This document shows, one piece after another, positions 10,967 to 21,851 of a stretch of 64,000 nt of DNA (positions are counted from its first letter, which is position 1; every line of letters starts with the position of its first letter). The stretch is taken from positions 62,001 to 126,000 of IMG/VR virus record IMGVR_UViG_3300047476_002078; one strand, 5' to 3'. The position numbers and the translations under genes are program-made. The notes beneath the pieces were generated by a model that was not told the DNA's origin, ran no database searches, and saw only the letters and a program-made list of their open reading frames with translations.

Positions 10967-12116
10967 TTTATTACTTCTTTTCAACTAAAAGCTAGATGAA
11001 AGGAATAATTATATGATTCAATGCGAAAAAACAGTAGAATATACCATTAGTGTTATCCAAAGAGGAAGTCTCGTTCATATCGTAAGTCCTGAAATGCGAG
11101 GAAGAATTTCTCCACTAAGTTGGCAAAGATTTATCGGTTATCTTAGAAAATGTTTTCCTAACACCCTTAGTTGGGACGTATATGCTAACGTACCTGTTTA
11201 CGAGTATGCTTGTAGTGAAGATGAAATGAAACACGCAGTAAAATTTTTTGTTGAAGAAGAGTTAAAAGGAACAGTTTCTTTTACTTAATCTTTTATAGAA
11301 TATTTAGTTTTTAAAAACTCTGAATTTACTGTTGAATTAAATCCTATAAGATTGCACAATGCAAAAAACAGGTACATAAACTGTTTAATTTCTGAATCCG
11401 TAAGAACTGCCGTAAAAAGATTGAACCCCAATCCCAAAAAGAATATAGTTGAATAACTATTAAAGTAGAATCTATTAACTTTTGGATTAGTAGAAGGTTT
11501 TCTGGTCAACACAACCATAAAAACTATAATACTTACCCAGTAAGATAAAAATAATAGAACATAGAATACAGACATTAATTCTTTCATACCGTAATTTTAG
11601 TTAAAAAGGGGTTTTAAATGACAGAAAAAGAAGAATTATTATCATTTCTTGATAAAACAAAAACGCCCTATACTGTTTTTAATGAAGCTGAATTTATAGA
11701 TGACCTTTCAGTTAAAAAAGGAGCTATCGTTTCTATAAGTGTGCGAAACGCTGCTAATTTTAATTTTGATGCTTATGGGACTTTAATAGGGACTTCTACA
11801 GACTCAGCAAAAAGTCACATTTTGAGGAAAAAACAATGAAAGTAAATTTACAGTTAGAATTTGAAATGCCTGAAGATCAAGATGATTTTCATAAATACTC
11901 AAAAGCTTTAGATATTGCCGAAGCTTTGTATGAAACAAGACAACGGATTTTCAGACCTGCTAGAAAACACGGTTATCCAAGTAAAAAAATACAAGAATTG
12001 TTAGATTCGATGGGGGATAACGGATACGAATTAATAGAGCTTCTGGAAGACGAATTTAACTCAATTTGTCAAGAATACGGAGTATCGGAATTTTCTTAAA
12101 TTTACACCGTAAAAGT

Positions 12117-12145
12117 TTTACACCGTAAAATTTATAAGATAGCAT
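12117..12145 (+). promoter_or_regulatory. sigma70-like promoter within a TTTACACCGTAAAA direct repeat
   Basis: TTTACA-N17-TAGCAT. The 14-bp repeat occurs at 12101-12114 and 12117-12130. Confidence 0.45.
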
Positions 12146-12170
12146 TTTCTTAACTTTCACAGGAGGAAAA

Positions 12171-13469
12171 ATGCTTATCACTTTTACATCTTTAGGAATC
12201 CTATTATTCGTAGCCTTGATTATCACTTTCTTAGCTTTTGCTTGGAGACGTGTTGTTCCAACGAACGAAGTTCATATTGTTCAAAACAGAAAAGAAACTA
12301 TCTCTTACGGCAAAGATTCAGGTAACGGAAATACTTACTATGAAATCCCATCTTGGGTTCCAGTTTTGGGAGTTGATAAAATCATTTTACCTGTAAGTGT
12401 TTTCGATTTGGATTTATCTGGTTATGAAGCATACGATAAAGGAAGATTACCTTTTGTGGTTGATGTTAAAGCTTTTTTCAGAATCTCTCACAGTAACATT
12501 GCGGCTCAACGAGTAGCGTCTTTTCAAGAACTGTGTAATCAACTTGAAGCTGTTGTTCAAGGGGCTGTCCGTACAATTCTAGCCGCTTCAGATATTGAAG
12601 AAATCATGCAAGGTCGTTCAAAATTCGGTAATGAATTTACAGACGAAGTAAAAGAACAACTCACTAATTGGGGAGTTGAGACTGTAAAGAATATCGAACT
12701 TATGGATATTCGTGATGCTAAAGGTAGTGATGTTATTCAGAACATCATGGCAAAGAAAAAGTCTTTAATCGAAATGGAATCTCGTCAAGAAGTAGCTAAA
12801 AACAAAAAACAGGCTGAATTAGCTGAAATTGAAGCCAGTCAGGAAGTACAAATTAGACAACAAGAATCACAACGTCAGGTAGGTTTGAGAACCGTTGAAA
12901 CTCAAAAAGAGGTTGATTTAGCAAAACAAACAGCTTCTCAATCTATTAAAGAACAGGAAAAAACGACTGCCGAAAGACAAATGGAAGTAGAGCGTGTGAA
13001 GCAAATTAAAGCGGCTGAAATCACGAAAGACACAACTATTTTGAAAGCCGAACAAGAAAGACAGCAAGCCGTTATCTTGGCGGAAGGTAATCTTGAGGCT
13101 CAAAAACGTGAAGCTGAAGCTATTTTGGCTCAAGGTAAAGCGAAAGCTGAGTCTGAAAAAGCTATGCAACTTGCTCCAGTAGAGGCTCAGATTGTTCTAG
13201 CTAAAGAAATCGGTGAAAATGAAAGTTACCAAAACTATTTAATTACAATACGAAAAGTAGAAGCGGCTCAAGAAGTTGGGGCTGCTCAAGCTAAAGCACT
13301 TGAACACGCAGACATTAAAATCATTTCTAATGCAGGCGACCCTCAAGCAGGAATGACTAAAGTAATGGACTTGTTCAGTTCTAATGGAGGCACAGCGTTA
13401 GCCTCTATGTTAGAAGCTTTATCTCAAACTGACACAGGAAAAGCTGTTGTAAGTAAACTTACTAACTAA
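12171..13469 (+). CDS. flotillin/SPFH-domain membrane protein
   Basis: N-terminal TM helix, RRVVPTNEVHIV, SPFH core, then a long Ala/Glu/Gln coiled coil. Confidence 0.88.
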   Translation: MLITFTSLGILLFVALIITFLAFAWRRVVPTNEVHIVQNRKETISYGKDSGNGNTYYEIPSWVPVLGVDKIILPVSVFDLDLSGYEAYDKGRLPFVVDVKAFFRISHSNIAAQRVASFQELCNQLEAVVQGAVRTILAASDIEEIMQGRSKFGNEFTDEVKEQLTNWGVETVKNIELMDIRDAKGSDVIQNIMAKKKSLIEMESRQEVAKNKKQAELAEIEASQEVQIRQQESQRQVGLRTVETQKEVDLAKQTASQSIKEQEKTTAERQMEVERVKQIKAAEITKDTTILKAEQERQQAVILAEGNLEAQKREAEAILAQGKAKAESEKAMQLAPVEAQIVLAKEIGENESYQNYLITIRKVEAAQEVGAAQAKALEHADIKIISNAGDPQAGMTKVMDLFSSNGGTALASMLEALSQTDTGKAVVSKLTN

Positions 13470-13927
13470 AATAATAAGTAGTGGCTCTAATTTAGGGGAT
13501 TAAAATGATTTTAAAAGTTCATCATATTTTTGAAGATAATAAAACATCTATAATGATTGAAGAGATCATTCCAAATGCTCCTGAAGAAAGAGCCACATTT
13601 TATCGAGCCTATTTCAAAATAGCTAACGAACAAATGCAAATAGTAGAAATTAGCCCTGTAGTTGTTGAAGCACTTATAAATGTTAGTAATAAGATAAAAA
13701 GATTGGAAAATCGAAATTCTGAACTAAACATTTAAAGAGAGGTATCTATGTCACAAAATATGCAACAAATTAATTTAAACGTCGAAAAAATGGAAGAAAT
13801 TAAAAAAATTGTGGCTAAAATGAAACAAGAGGATTCCGAAGAAGGAAAAATTCAAGAGCAAACCTTGAGCCAACTGGTAGCTGTAATTAATTCTATCCCG
13901 ACGGAAGAATAAAATATTTAAGGAAAA

Positions 13928-14746
13928 ATGTGTATGAAAATTGTTTGGGGAATGTTGAAATCATTGGAAGAATATCAAAGACTCGCAAAAAGGTTTGATT
14001 CTAAAATCCAAGAATTAACAAATGGTGAGGTTGGGGTTGAGATCAAGTTGTTTGATAAAGACCCTAGCAACCCTTTAAAAGATATTGAAAAAGGGTCGCT
14101 AGATTTATACCAAGTTACGACTCCTCATTTAAGAATGTTATTAGAGGAGCATAGTTGGTTAAAATGTTGGGAAGTCCCATTTCTGTTTACAAGTGAAGAA
14201 CATTTGGAACGGTACATAGGTAGTGAATACACACAGCAAAAATTAAAATCTTTGGAAACAAATACAATACTCCCTCTTACTTATTCGTATGCAGGAGGTT
14301 TTTGTGGAATAGTTTCTAAGAGAAATGAAATAAATCAAAATTACGAGAATTTAAAAACTATTCCATTCACCAATTATGAATATGAAGACATGTCTGTTGA
14401 AGAGTTTATGGAAAACATCTATCAACAACTTCCTTCAAATATTTTAATGTATGAAATTCAAGAACTTTTAAAACTTAAACCTGAAAACAAATTTTTGTTA
14501 AACATTGATGTTACTAAACATATTGTTGTAGCCAGAATATCAATGATGTCAAAAAAAGCTCTTTCAAGAATTCCATCTCAATACAGAGAGATATTTCTAT
14601 CAACTTTAGTAGAATTTCTTAATGATGAGCGAAGAATAATTTACGAAAAAGCTAAGAAAAACGTCGAAGCTTTGAAAAAAGATGAGCATATTGGGTACAA
14701 TTTAGGATTAAATAAAGAAATTTTAGCTATTAAAGCCCATGAGTAA
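13928..14746 (+). CDS. TRAP-type substrate-binding protein (DctP-like), no signal peptide
   Basis: FDSKIQELTNGEVGVEI and WEVPFLFTSEEHLERYIGSEYTQQKLKSL...YAGGF resemble the DctP fold pattern. Confidence 0.55.
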   Translation: MCMKIVWGMLKSLEEYQRLAKRFDSKIQELTNGEVGVEIKLFDKDPSNPLKDIEKGSLDLYQVTTPHLRMLLEEHSWLKCWEVPFLFTSEEHLERYIGSEYTQQKLKSLETNTILPLTYSYAGGFCGIVSKRNEINQNYENLKTIPFTNYEYEDMSVEEFMENIYQQLPSNILMYEIQELLKLKPENKFLLNIDVTKHIVVARISMMSKKALSRIPSQYREIFLSTLVEFLNDERRIIYEKAKKNVEALKKDEHIGYNLGLNKEILAIKAHE

Positions 14747-15610
14747 TTAAAGATATAAATGTTCAAGACTTACCTCTTGAACCATTCCTTTAAAAAAGTG
14801 CTCGATAACTTTAACTGTCCAACCGTTACCAATCATTTTAAAACATTGAGTGTCTGAAACATTCATAACAATCTCTTCTGGGATTGTTTGAAGTTTCTTA
14901 CACTCACTAACCGTCAACTTTCTAATTTTCTTTCTAAGTTCCTTTAACGGTAAACTCTGAGCTTCTTCTTTAGTTCCTTTGAACACTGAAGGCAAAGAAC
15001 CTCCTCCACTATTTGCTCTCAAAGTAGGACTTTTTGTATCAAAAACTCTGCATTTATTTTCATTAAATCCGCCGTAGATATTATGAACGAGAATTTCGCC
15101 AGAGGGTAAAACGTCTTTAAGTGTAATATTTTCTGGTGTGATAAGTCCGAAAGGGATGTTTGTCCAATAAAGTCTATTTCTACTTTGAGCGGATAATACT
15201 TCCGAATTAATTTTAATAGGCTTAACTCCCATATATTGAGTGATAATATCTTCAAATTCTTTTTTCATGACCACATTTTCGAGAAGAAACCACTTAGGTT
15301 TAACAGCCTCTAATAAACGAACATAGTCAAAAAAGAGCTTACTTTGAGGGTCTTTAAAGTTTAATTGTTTACCTGCTAAAGAAAATCCAGTACAAGGTGA
15401 GCCTCCAATTAATAAATCAATTTTCGGTAACTTAGATGTATCAATTTTTGACACATCTCCTAAATGAATCATATTTGGAAAATTCTCGGAACTAACTTTT
15501 ATTGCGTGAGGGTCAATCTCAGAGGCGTAGTAGTTATCAACCTTTATATTCAAATTTTTTAGAGCGATCTGTCCACAACTCATTCCATCGAAAAGACTCA
15601 ACACGTTCAT
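14747..15610 (-). CDS. dcm: DNA (cytosine-5)-methyltransferase
   Basis: LSLFDGMSCG (motif I), GGSPC (IV), ENV (VI), QSRNRLYW (VIII), IGNGWTV (X). Confidence 0.93.
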   Translation of the reverse strand: MNVLSLFDGMSCGQIALKNLNIKVDNYYASEIDPHAIKVSSENFPNMIHLGDVSKIDTSKLPKIDLLIGGSPCTGFSLAGKQLNFKDPQSKLFFDYVRLLEAVKPKWFLLENVVMKKEFEDIITQYMGVKPIKINSEVLSAQSRNRLYWTNIPFGLITPENITLKDVLPSGEILVHNIYGGFNENKCRVFDTKSPTLRANSGGGSLPSVFKGTKEEAQSLPLKELRKKIRKLTVSECKKLQTIPEEIVMNVSDTQCFKMIGNGWTVKVIEHFFKGMVQEVSLEHLYL

Positions 15611-15689
15611 TAAAACCTCGTTGTTTAATGATATTTTTTACCGTAAAATATAAGCAGCTAATTACGGTAAAACAATAGGTAAAATTATA

Positions 15690-15706
15690 GTGGATTCGGT
15701 ATAGCC
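15690..15706 (+). promoter_or_regulatory. conserved 17-bp phage upstream element (copy 1)
   Basis: GTGGATTCGGTATAGCC, 18 nt before ATG 15725. Confidence 0.7.
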
Positions 15707-16482
15707 TTCAGACAGGAGGTAACTATGGAAGATTTCAAGCCTATTTTAGACAGTATTAAAATTATTTCTTCAATGAAACCAACATTTTGTGGAGAGATAA
15801 GCTCATTAGTTACTAAAATACTTAAAGACACTCGTTTTAGCATTAAAGAAAACCATTACACAGCATACGGTGTACGAATGGTTATCTCTGATACTGAAAA
15901 TGAACAAGATTACGAGATAACAATAAATACAATGAAAAAATAAATGGAAAGATTTAAACCCATCGGAAGGGGAAACTTTATTGACACTGTTACAGGTCGA
16001 GTCGGTGTACCTAACCAAATAAATGTAGGCAACGTAGCAAGCATAGACGACCCCTCCTTTTGGCTTCACATTGAAACAGGAGTAAAATCCCCAATCAAAG
16101 CTCTTTTAGACAAGGGCTTTAGACCTATTACCTCTTGTGAAGGTCATTGGGAAAATTCTAAGTCTCGAAGAAAATTAACAATTCTTTTCCCAACGATCAC
16201 TCAAATAGAAGAAGCTATAAAATTATTTAAACCTCATGTTTTTTCTGCAACAAACAATTATTCATTTTCCGCTAACCAAGTTAAAGAACAAAATCTAGCG
16301 GATAATATTTGGGGAAAGTGCGACAGGTGGTTTTTTATGTCTATTTATCTGAGTGATACCTATGACACAACAACTGATTTAAAAAATCATATCGAACAAA
16401 CAAATAAGAAGACAGAGCTTTTTACGGAATTTATAATCAACCTTAGTGATGAAATTTGTGAAAGTTTAAATAGGAGATAAAT

Positions 16483-16872
16483 ATGAAAAATGAAGAACTT
16501 GTTAAAACTGCATGTGAAAATCTTAATTTTATGTCAAAACAAGTACACCAAAATAATGTGGACGCTGGCTGGTGGACTGATCTAACTACAGGTGAAAAGA
16601 AAGATAGAAACGTAGGCGAGCTTTTATGCTTAGTACACTCTGAAATTTCAGAAGCTATGGAAGGTCACAGAAAAAATTTAGCGGATGACAAACTACCTCA
16701 CCGATCTATGTTTGAAGTGGAATTAGCAGATGCTATCATTCGCATTTTTGATATTGCAGGGGCACACAACTTGGACTTAGGTGGAGCTATTTTTGAAAAA
16801 ATGCAATACAATGCTAAGAGAGAAGACCATACTCTTGCACACAGAATGAGTGAGAATGGAAAAAAATACTAA
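16483..16872 (+). CDS. MazG-like NTP pyrophosphohydrolase
   Basis: ELLCLVHSEISEAMEG...EVELADAIIRIFD motif. Confidence 0.85.
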   Translation: MKNEELVKTACENLNFMSKQVHQNNVDAGWWTDLTTGEKKDRNVGELLCLVHSEISEAMEGHRKNLADDKLPHRSMFEVELADAIIRIFDIAGAHNLDLGGAIFEKMQYNAKREDHTLAHRMSENGKKY

Positions 16873-17441
16873 GCTCACAAATTTTTACAACGAGCTAGAA
16901 AAATTAAGAAAGCCTAAGAGTGACGACCCTTATGATGATAGAGTCACCCACTGTTTACTTATGCACGAATATCAAGGCAAAACACACCGCTTTGATGTTC
17001 GTGGGTGGAATAAAATAAAAAATGGAAAACTCTACATTTCAGTTGTCAATTGGACTATGTGTGCAGGTACAGCTTCGCTTGAATTAGATGAAGAAACCGT
17101 AGATAAATTTATCATTGAAGAGGATATTTTTAAGGCTTAAAAATGAACTTTGTTGAATATGGTCTTCGATACCTTGGAACTGAAGTAGAGGAAATAGTCG
17201 GAGCAAACCCGTGTGAAAATTCAGGTGCGGGATTTGAGAATGATGTTTTCTCATTGAGAGCTTTTTGTTGGTGTAGTGGAGACATAAAAGAGCATGAAGA
17301 AGGATGCCCTCCAAACTTCTTACACAAAAAAACTGGGTTCAGTGTCGAATGGTACAAATATCTTGGTAGATCAACGGAACACTCAGAAATATCACAGAAA
17401 GAATTTAGAAAAATAATTGCTGAGTGTTTAGAGTCCTTACA

Positions 17442-17901
17442 ATGAATGTGTCTCAGTTTGAAGTAAACGTATCAGAAGAAATAATTTTTTCTGTTATCTC
17501 TTTGTTCAATACAACCCCTTTAACTCAGATGTATTCTAATAAAGGTGGATGGTCGAGCCAGCGGTTTTATAAGCCAGAGGAAAACCACAAAGATTTATTG
17601 AATCAAGTATTTAATAAAATATCTGAATTTTACCCAAGACCAAAACTTAGCGACTATTGGTTTAACGTAAATCAGCCTAACTCATTTCACATCTGGCACA
17701 CTCACTACCAAGTCAAATATTCAGGAGTGGTCTATCTCCAAGCTCCTCCAAAGTCCGGAGCTATTCAATTCCGAGAAGATGCTGCAATGGTTTCGACTCT
17801 TCAAATTGAGCCTCGAAAAGGTCTTTGTGTTGTTTTTCCAGCAAATTTTACCTAATTTATCCAATGAATATAGGGTGAGTTTAGTGTTCAATTTTAACTA
17901 A
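17442..17901 (+). pseudogene. 2OG-Fe(II) oxygenase with a frameshifting deletion near the 3' end
   Basis: WFNVNQPNSFHIWHTH...SGVVYL...FPANF. The expected tail PNLSNEYRVSLVFNFN* continues in another frame from 17851, and the distal HxV is missing. Confidence 0.7.
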
Positions 17902-18121
17902 GAGGTAAATCGTGGATACTTATAGAGAAATGTGTGAAAAAATATATGTTGAATTAAATGAATCAAAGTCAGAATTAGATGAAGCAAAAATTCTCATAAA
18001 AGATTTGGTAGATACCTTACAAAGGATTGGATTGTATTCTGATCTGGGAGGTAAATACGCAGGAGAAGTTTTGGAAAAGCATAAAGATTTGATTTCAAAG
18101 CTTATTAAATGAGGTGAATGT

Positions 18122-18769
18122 ATGTACGTCGATAAATACGGTCTTTATAATGTTAAGCCTGTTGTGGATGGAAATCCTTCAGGTAACGATGGGTGGATTA
18201 TAACAGCTTATGCTATAAAAGTAGGATTACCTGTAGAAAGAGAAAAAATTTTACAAGCCTTTGACTTCCTTAAAAAAGATCAAAAAGGTATGCCTTTAGA
18301 GAGATTGCCAAATAAAGCGACTCCTTACCTATCTCGTGATGTAATTTTAGGATTAGTTTATCTTGGAATTTTAACAGTCAAAGATTTAGAAGATTGGGGA
18401 TATAGTTTTTCCCCTTTCCCTCTACCTAAGTTCAATTTCTTCCAAGCGATAAAACAATTTTGGGGATTAAGAGGAAAACACAGAAATCACTTTTGGCAAA
18501 ATCCGGGCTTTGAGCAAGTTTATAGATTCGCTTTTAGTGTTCCTATTGGTGATCGTTATGCCATGCAGAAAAAGTTTGGTAAACCTACGTTGTTTCAAAA
18601 ATTGTGGGGATTTTTTGATTTCATATTGAAACCGAGTGATGATTCCTCAAAACTAATACATTGGTTAAAGTACGAAGAAGTTCCTGATAGAGATGTTTTC
18701 ATTCGCTATTTCGGTGAACAACATCCAATCACATTAGCATTTTTAGATTCACCTCTTTATAATTATTAA
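18122..18769 (+). CDS. hypothetical protein
   Basis: 215-aa ORF with GAGG RBS. No recognised motif. Confidence 0.6.
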   Translation: MYVDKYGLYNVKPVVDGNPSGNDGWIITAYAIKVGLPVEREKILQAFDFLKKDQKGMPLERLPNKATPYLSRDVILGLVYLGILTVKDLEDWGYSFSPFPLPKFNFFQAIKQFWGLRGKHRNHFWQNPGFEQVYRFAFSVPIGDRYAMQKKFGKPTLFQKLWGFFDFILKPSDDSSKLIHWLKYEEVPDRDVFIRYFGEQHPITLAFLDSPLYNY

Positions 18770-18771
18770 TT

Positions 18772-18815
18772 TTGACAACCTCTACCGTAAATTACTAGAA
18801 TTTACGGTAGAGGTT
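18772..18815 (+). promoter_or_regulatory. sigma70-like promoter overlapped by a perfect 17-bp inverted repeat that includes the dcm RBS
   Basis: TTGACA-N18-TAGAAT. AACCTCTACCGTAAATT / AATTTACGGTAGAGGTT at 18777-18815. Confidence 0.65.
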
Positions 18816-18819
18816 ATAA

Positions 18820-19758
18820 ATGAACGTGCTGTCACTATTCGATGGAATATCCTGTGGGCAAATAGCTCTTAACAGAGCAAAAATTAAATATAAAAATTAT
18901 TTTGCTTCTGAAATTGATAAAAACGCTATTAATGTTACTCAGCACAACTACCCAGACACTATTCAGTTGGGGGATGTGACTAAAATTAATTTTAAATCTT
19001 TGCCAAAAATACATCTTTTGATAGGGGGTTCTCCATGTCAAGGATTCAGCATAAGTGGAAAACAACTCGCTTTCAATGACCCTCGAAGTAAACTATTTTT
19101 TGAATTTATAAAGGCTATAAAAGAACTACAGCCGAAATATTTTTTTCTTGAAAATGTTAAAATGAAAAAAGAATATGAAAATATCATAACAGAATTTTTA
19201 GGTGTAAATCCGATAGAAATAAATTCTGCCTTGGTTTCTGCTCAAAATAGAAAAAGACTTTATTGGACTAATATTCCAAACATAACTCAGCCACAAGACA
19301 AACACATTTTTCTTCGTGATATTTTAGAAAAAGATGTAACCGATAACCTATTCGCCATTCCTGATAAATATTGGAAAGGGACTAATATCGAAAATTATAT
19401 AGCTCAATCAGAAAAACCTGTAGCTTTAACTGAAAGAAGAACAGAAGAAGCAAAAAGAATTAGGAAAGAATATCAGAAAAAATATGGAAGAGACTTTTGC
19501 CCTCGAAGAGGAAAAGAATTAGTAGTCAGAAAAGACGGTAAAATGAATTGTTTGACTTCGACTTATTCAATAAAAGAACACACAGTCATTGATGAAAAAG
19601 GTTTTTACAGAAAACTTACTCCAATAGAATGTGAAAGACTACAAACAGTACCAGATAATTATACAAAAATTTTGTCTAATTCACAAAGATACAAAGCCCT
19701 TGGAAATGGTTGGACGGTAGATGTAATTGCTCACATTTTTAAAGGTATAGAAACATGA
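18820..19758 (+). CDS. dcm: DNA (cytosine-5)-methyltransferase
   Basis: LSLFDGISCG, GGSPCQGFS, ENV, QNRKRLYW, LGNGWTV. Confidence 0.93.
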   Translation: MNVLSLFDGISCGQIALNRAKIKYKNYFASEIDKNAINVTQHNYPDTIQLGDVTKINFKSLPKIHLLIGGSPCQGFSISGKQLAFNDPRSKLFFEFIKAIKELQPKYFFLENVKMKKEYENIITEFLGVNPIEINSALVSAQNRKRLYWTNIPNITQPQDKHIFLRDILEKDVTDNLFAIPDKYWKGTNIENYIAQSEKPVALTERRTEEAKRIRKEYQKKYGRDFCPRRGKELVVRKDGKMNCLTSTYSIKEHTVIDEKGFYRKLTPIECERLQTVPDNYTKILSNSQRYKALGNGWTVDVIAHIFKGIET

Positions 19759-20834
19759 ACATTCTTTCTTTATTTGATGGAATGTCTTGTGGGCAGATCG
19801 CTCTTAATAGATTGGGAATCAAATACGAAAACTATTTTGCTTCTGAAATTGATATTTACGCAATTAAAGTCACTCAACATAATTATCCAAAAACAATTCA
19901 GCTTGGCGACATCAATAATTGGAGAAATTGGAACATAGATTTTTCAACTATCGGATTAGTTACAGGTGGATTCCCCTGTCAAGCATGGTCTACGGCAGGA
20001 AAGCAATTAGGTGATAAAGACGAGAGAGGAAAACTATTTTGGGTGATGCTAGAAATTATCAAGCATATAAAAAGTTTGAATCCAAATGTCATTTTTCTAC
20101 TTGAAAATGTAAAGATGAAAAAAGACTTTGAAGAATACATAACATTTCATACAGAGCAAGCTCTCGGTAAAGTTGAAAAATATCTCATAAATTCTGCTCT
20201 GGTTTCAGCACAGACTCGTTGGAGATATTATTGGACAAACATTCCAAACGTGACTCAGCCGAAAGACAAGGGAATTACTTGGGGAGATGTTCGAGAACAT
20301 AATGTGGAAGCTGACAAATATTACTACACGGAAAAAGCATTACAGTGGTTAGCGAAAGAGTCACGCAAAAAAAATAAAACTCTCAAAGTTCACACAGATG
20401 ACGAAAAAATGCAAATGCTTGAGGCAAGCCATCACAAGAAATACTCAGCACAGCGTTTCTTTGGCATTGTAGAATCAGCGGAACAGGCTGTAGGAGCGAT
20501 TCGTGGGCGTTACCTAGTCAATGGTAAGAGACAAGATGGAGAACAGCTTACGGCAGGTTTAACGACGCAGTATATTGAGTTTCGATATGATGGTAAAACT
20601 AATACTCTATTTACGGTATCGAAAGACAATGTGGTAGTGCCGTTTACTTTGCCAGACCGAGTGCCTGCTTCGGAATTTTTGTTTCGCTACATTACTCCGG
20701 TTGAATGTGAAAGATTACAGACTGTGCCAGATCAATACTCTAGCGTTGTTAGTGATTCTCAGCGTTATAAGATGTTGGGTAATGGTTGGACTGTCGATGT
20801 GATATGCCATATTCTTAGTCATGCCAATTTCTAA
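19755..20834 (+). CDS. dcm: DNA (cytosine-5)-methyltransferase
   Basis: LSLFDGMSCG, GGFPCQAWS, ENV, QTRWRYYW, LGNGWTV. Confidence 0.92.
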   Translation: MNILSLFDGMSCGQIALNRLGIKYENYFASEIDIYAIKVTQHNYPKTIQLGDINNWRNWNIDFSTIGLVTGGFPCQAWSTAGKQLGDKDERGKLFWVMLEIIKHIKSLNPNVIFLLENVKMKKDFEEYITFHTEQALGKVEKYLINSALVSAQTRWRYYWTNIPNVTQPKDKGITWGDVREHNVEADKYYYTEKALQWLAKESRKKNKTLKVHTDDEKMQMLEASHHKKYSAQRFFGIVESAEQAVGAIRGRYLVNGKRQDGEQLTAGLTTQYIEFRYDGKTNTLFTVSKDNVVVPFTLPDRVPASEFLFRYITPVECERLQTVPDQYSSVVSDSQRYKMLGNGWTVDVICHILSHANF

Positions 20835-20898
20835 TTTCCTTGTGGCTCATTGTCATGGTTTTTCATTGCCTTATTCTATTGCCAATACATCCGTATGT

Positions 20899-21041
20899 TT
20901 TAGGGTATCTTGCGTTTTTTGATAATGCTATGTATTAATTCCTAGCGATAGCGTTTAGGGCATTTCACGATTTTTGATAACACGGTGCTTTATTTCGAGC
21001 GGTAGCGTTTAGGGTATTTAGCGATTTTTGATAATGCTATG
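20899..21041 (+). repeat. three imperfect ~33-39 bp direct repeats
   Basis: TTTAGGG(T/C)AT...TTTTTGATAA(TGCTATG) at 20899, about 20949 and about 21003, in non-coding DNA. Confidence 0.75.
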
Positions 21042-21086
21042 CTTCATATAAATATTACAAACCTGATTGAAATTTACACATAATCC

Positions 21087-21542
21087 TTGATAATTAATGG
21101 CATGGAAACAAACAATATCGACCCCTATAAAGTTGACCCTTATTCTTTTAAGTGGGAGCTAACAAAACCTTGCTCAGATTGCCCTTTTGTGAAGTCTTCT
21201 CCTTTGCATGATGGGATAGCCTCGGATTTGCCAAAACTCGCAGAACATATTGAAAGTGGAAACTTTGTACATAGTTGTCATAAAACACACCCCGGAGCCG
21301 ATGGGTGGAATCCTGATTACAAGGGAGCTATTCAAAACTGTGCAGGACTAACTATCATGCAGATAAAAAATGAGGAACTAACGATTCCCATAGTTCGAGC
21401 GAAACTTTCGGGAGAACTCGACGAGTCAAAATTAGATAAGACTGTAGAAACTTTTAAAGACATTAAAGACATGGCTGATTACTATGTGAAGAATCATGTA
21501 AAAATACGCTTTCTTCTTAGGAATAGACATGAACGCAATTAA
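21087..21542 (+). CDS. Cys/His-rich phage protein (DUF6283-like by recall)
   Basis: KPCSDCPF...SCHKT...QNCAG motif. The start codon is uncertain. Confidence 0.45.
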   Translation: MIINGMETNNIDPYKVDPYSFKWELTKPCSDCPFVKSSPLHDGIASDLPKLAEHIESGNFVHSCHKTHPGADGWNPDYKGAIQNCAGLTIMQIKNEELTIPIVRAKLSGELDESKLDKTVETFKDIKDMADYYVKNHVKIRFLLRNRHERN

Positions 21543-21851
21543 CAAACAAGATTTCATTGAAGCTCGATATGTGAACTTTAAAAGGAAACAAGAGTTCCTT
21601 GATAAATTTCTCGGAAGAGGTAACTACATTCTTACTGATCTCGATGCTTACAGCGAAGATTTCGAGTGCCTCATGTCTCATGTGGTGATCTGCGATAAGT
21701 GCAACGAAAACATCTCAGAAAATATCATCATCAAAGATTCTGATTTTATCTTTCATTCAAAATGCACGACAAATTTCAGTAATGTTGTTTCACTCAATTA
21801 ATAAGTGAAAATTCCCAGATGTTAGTATCGGGAACATAAGAAGGAGATTCT

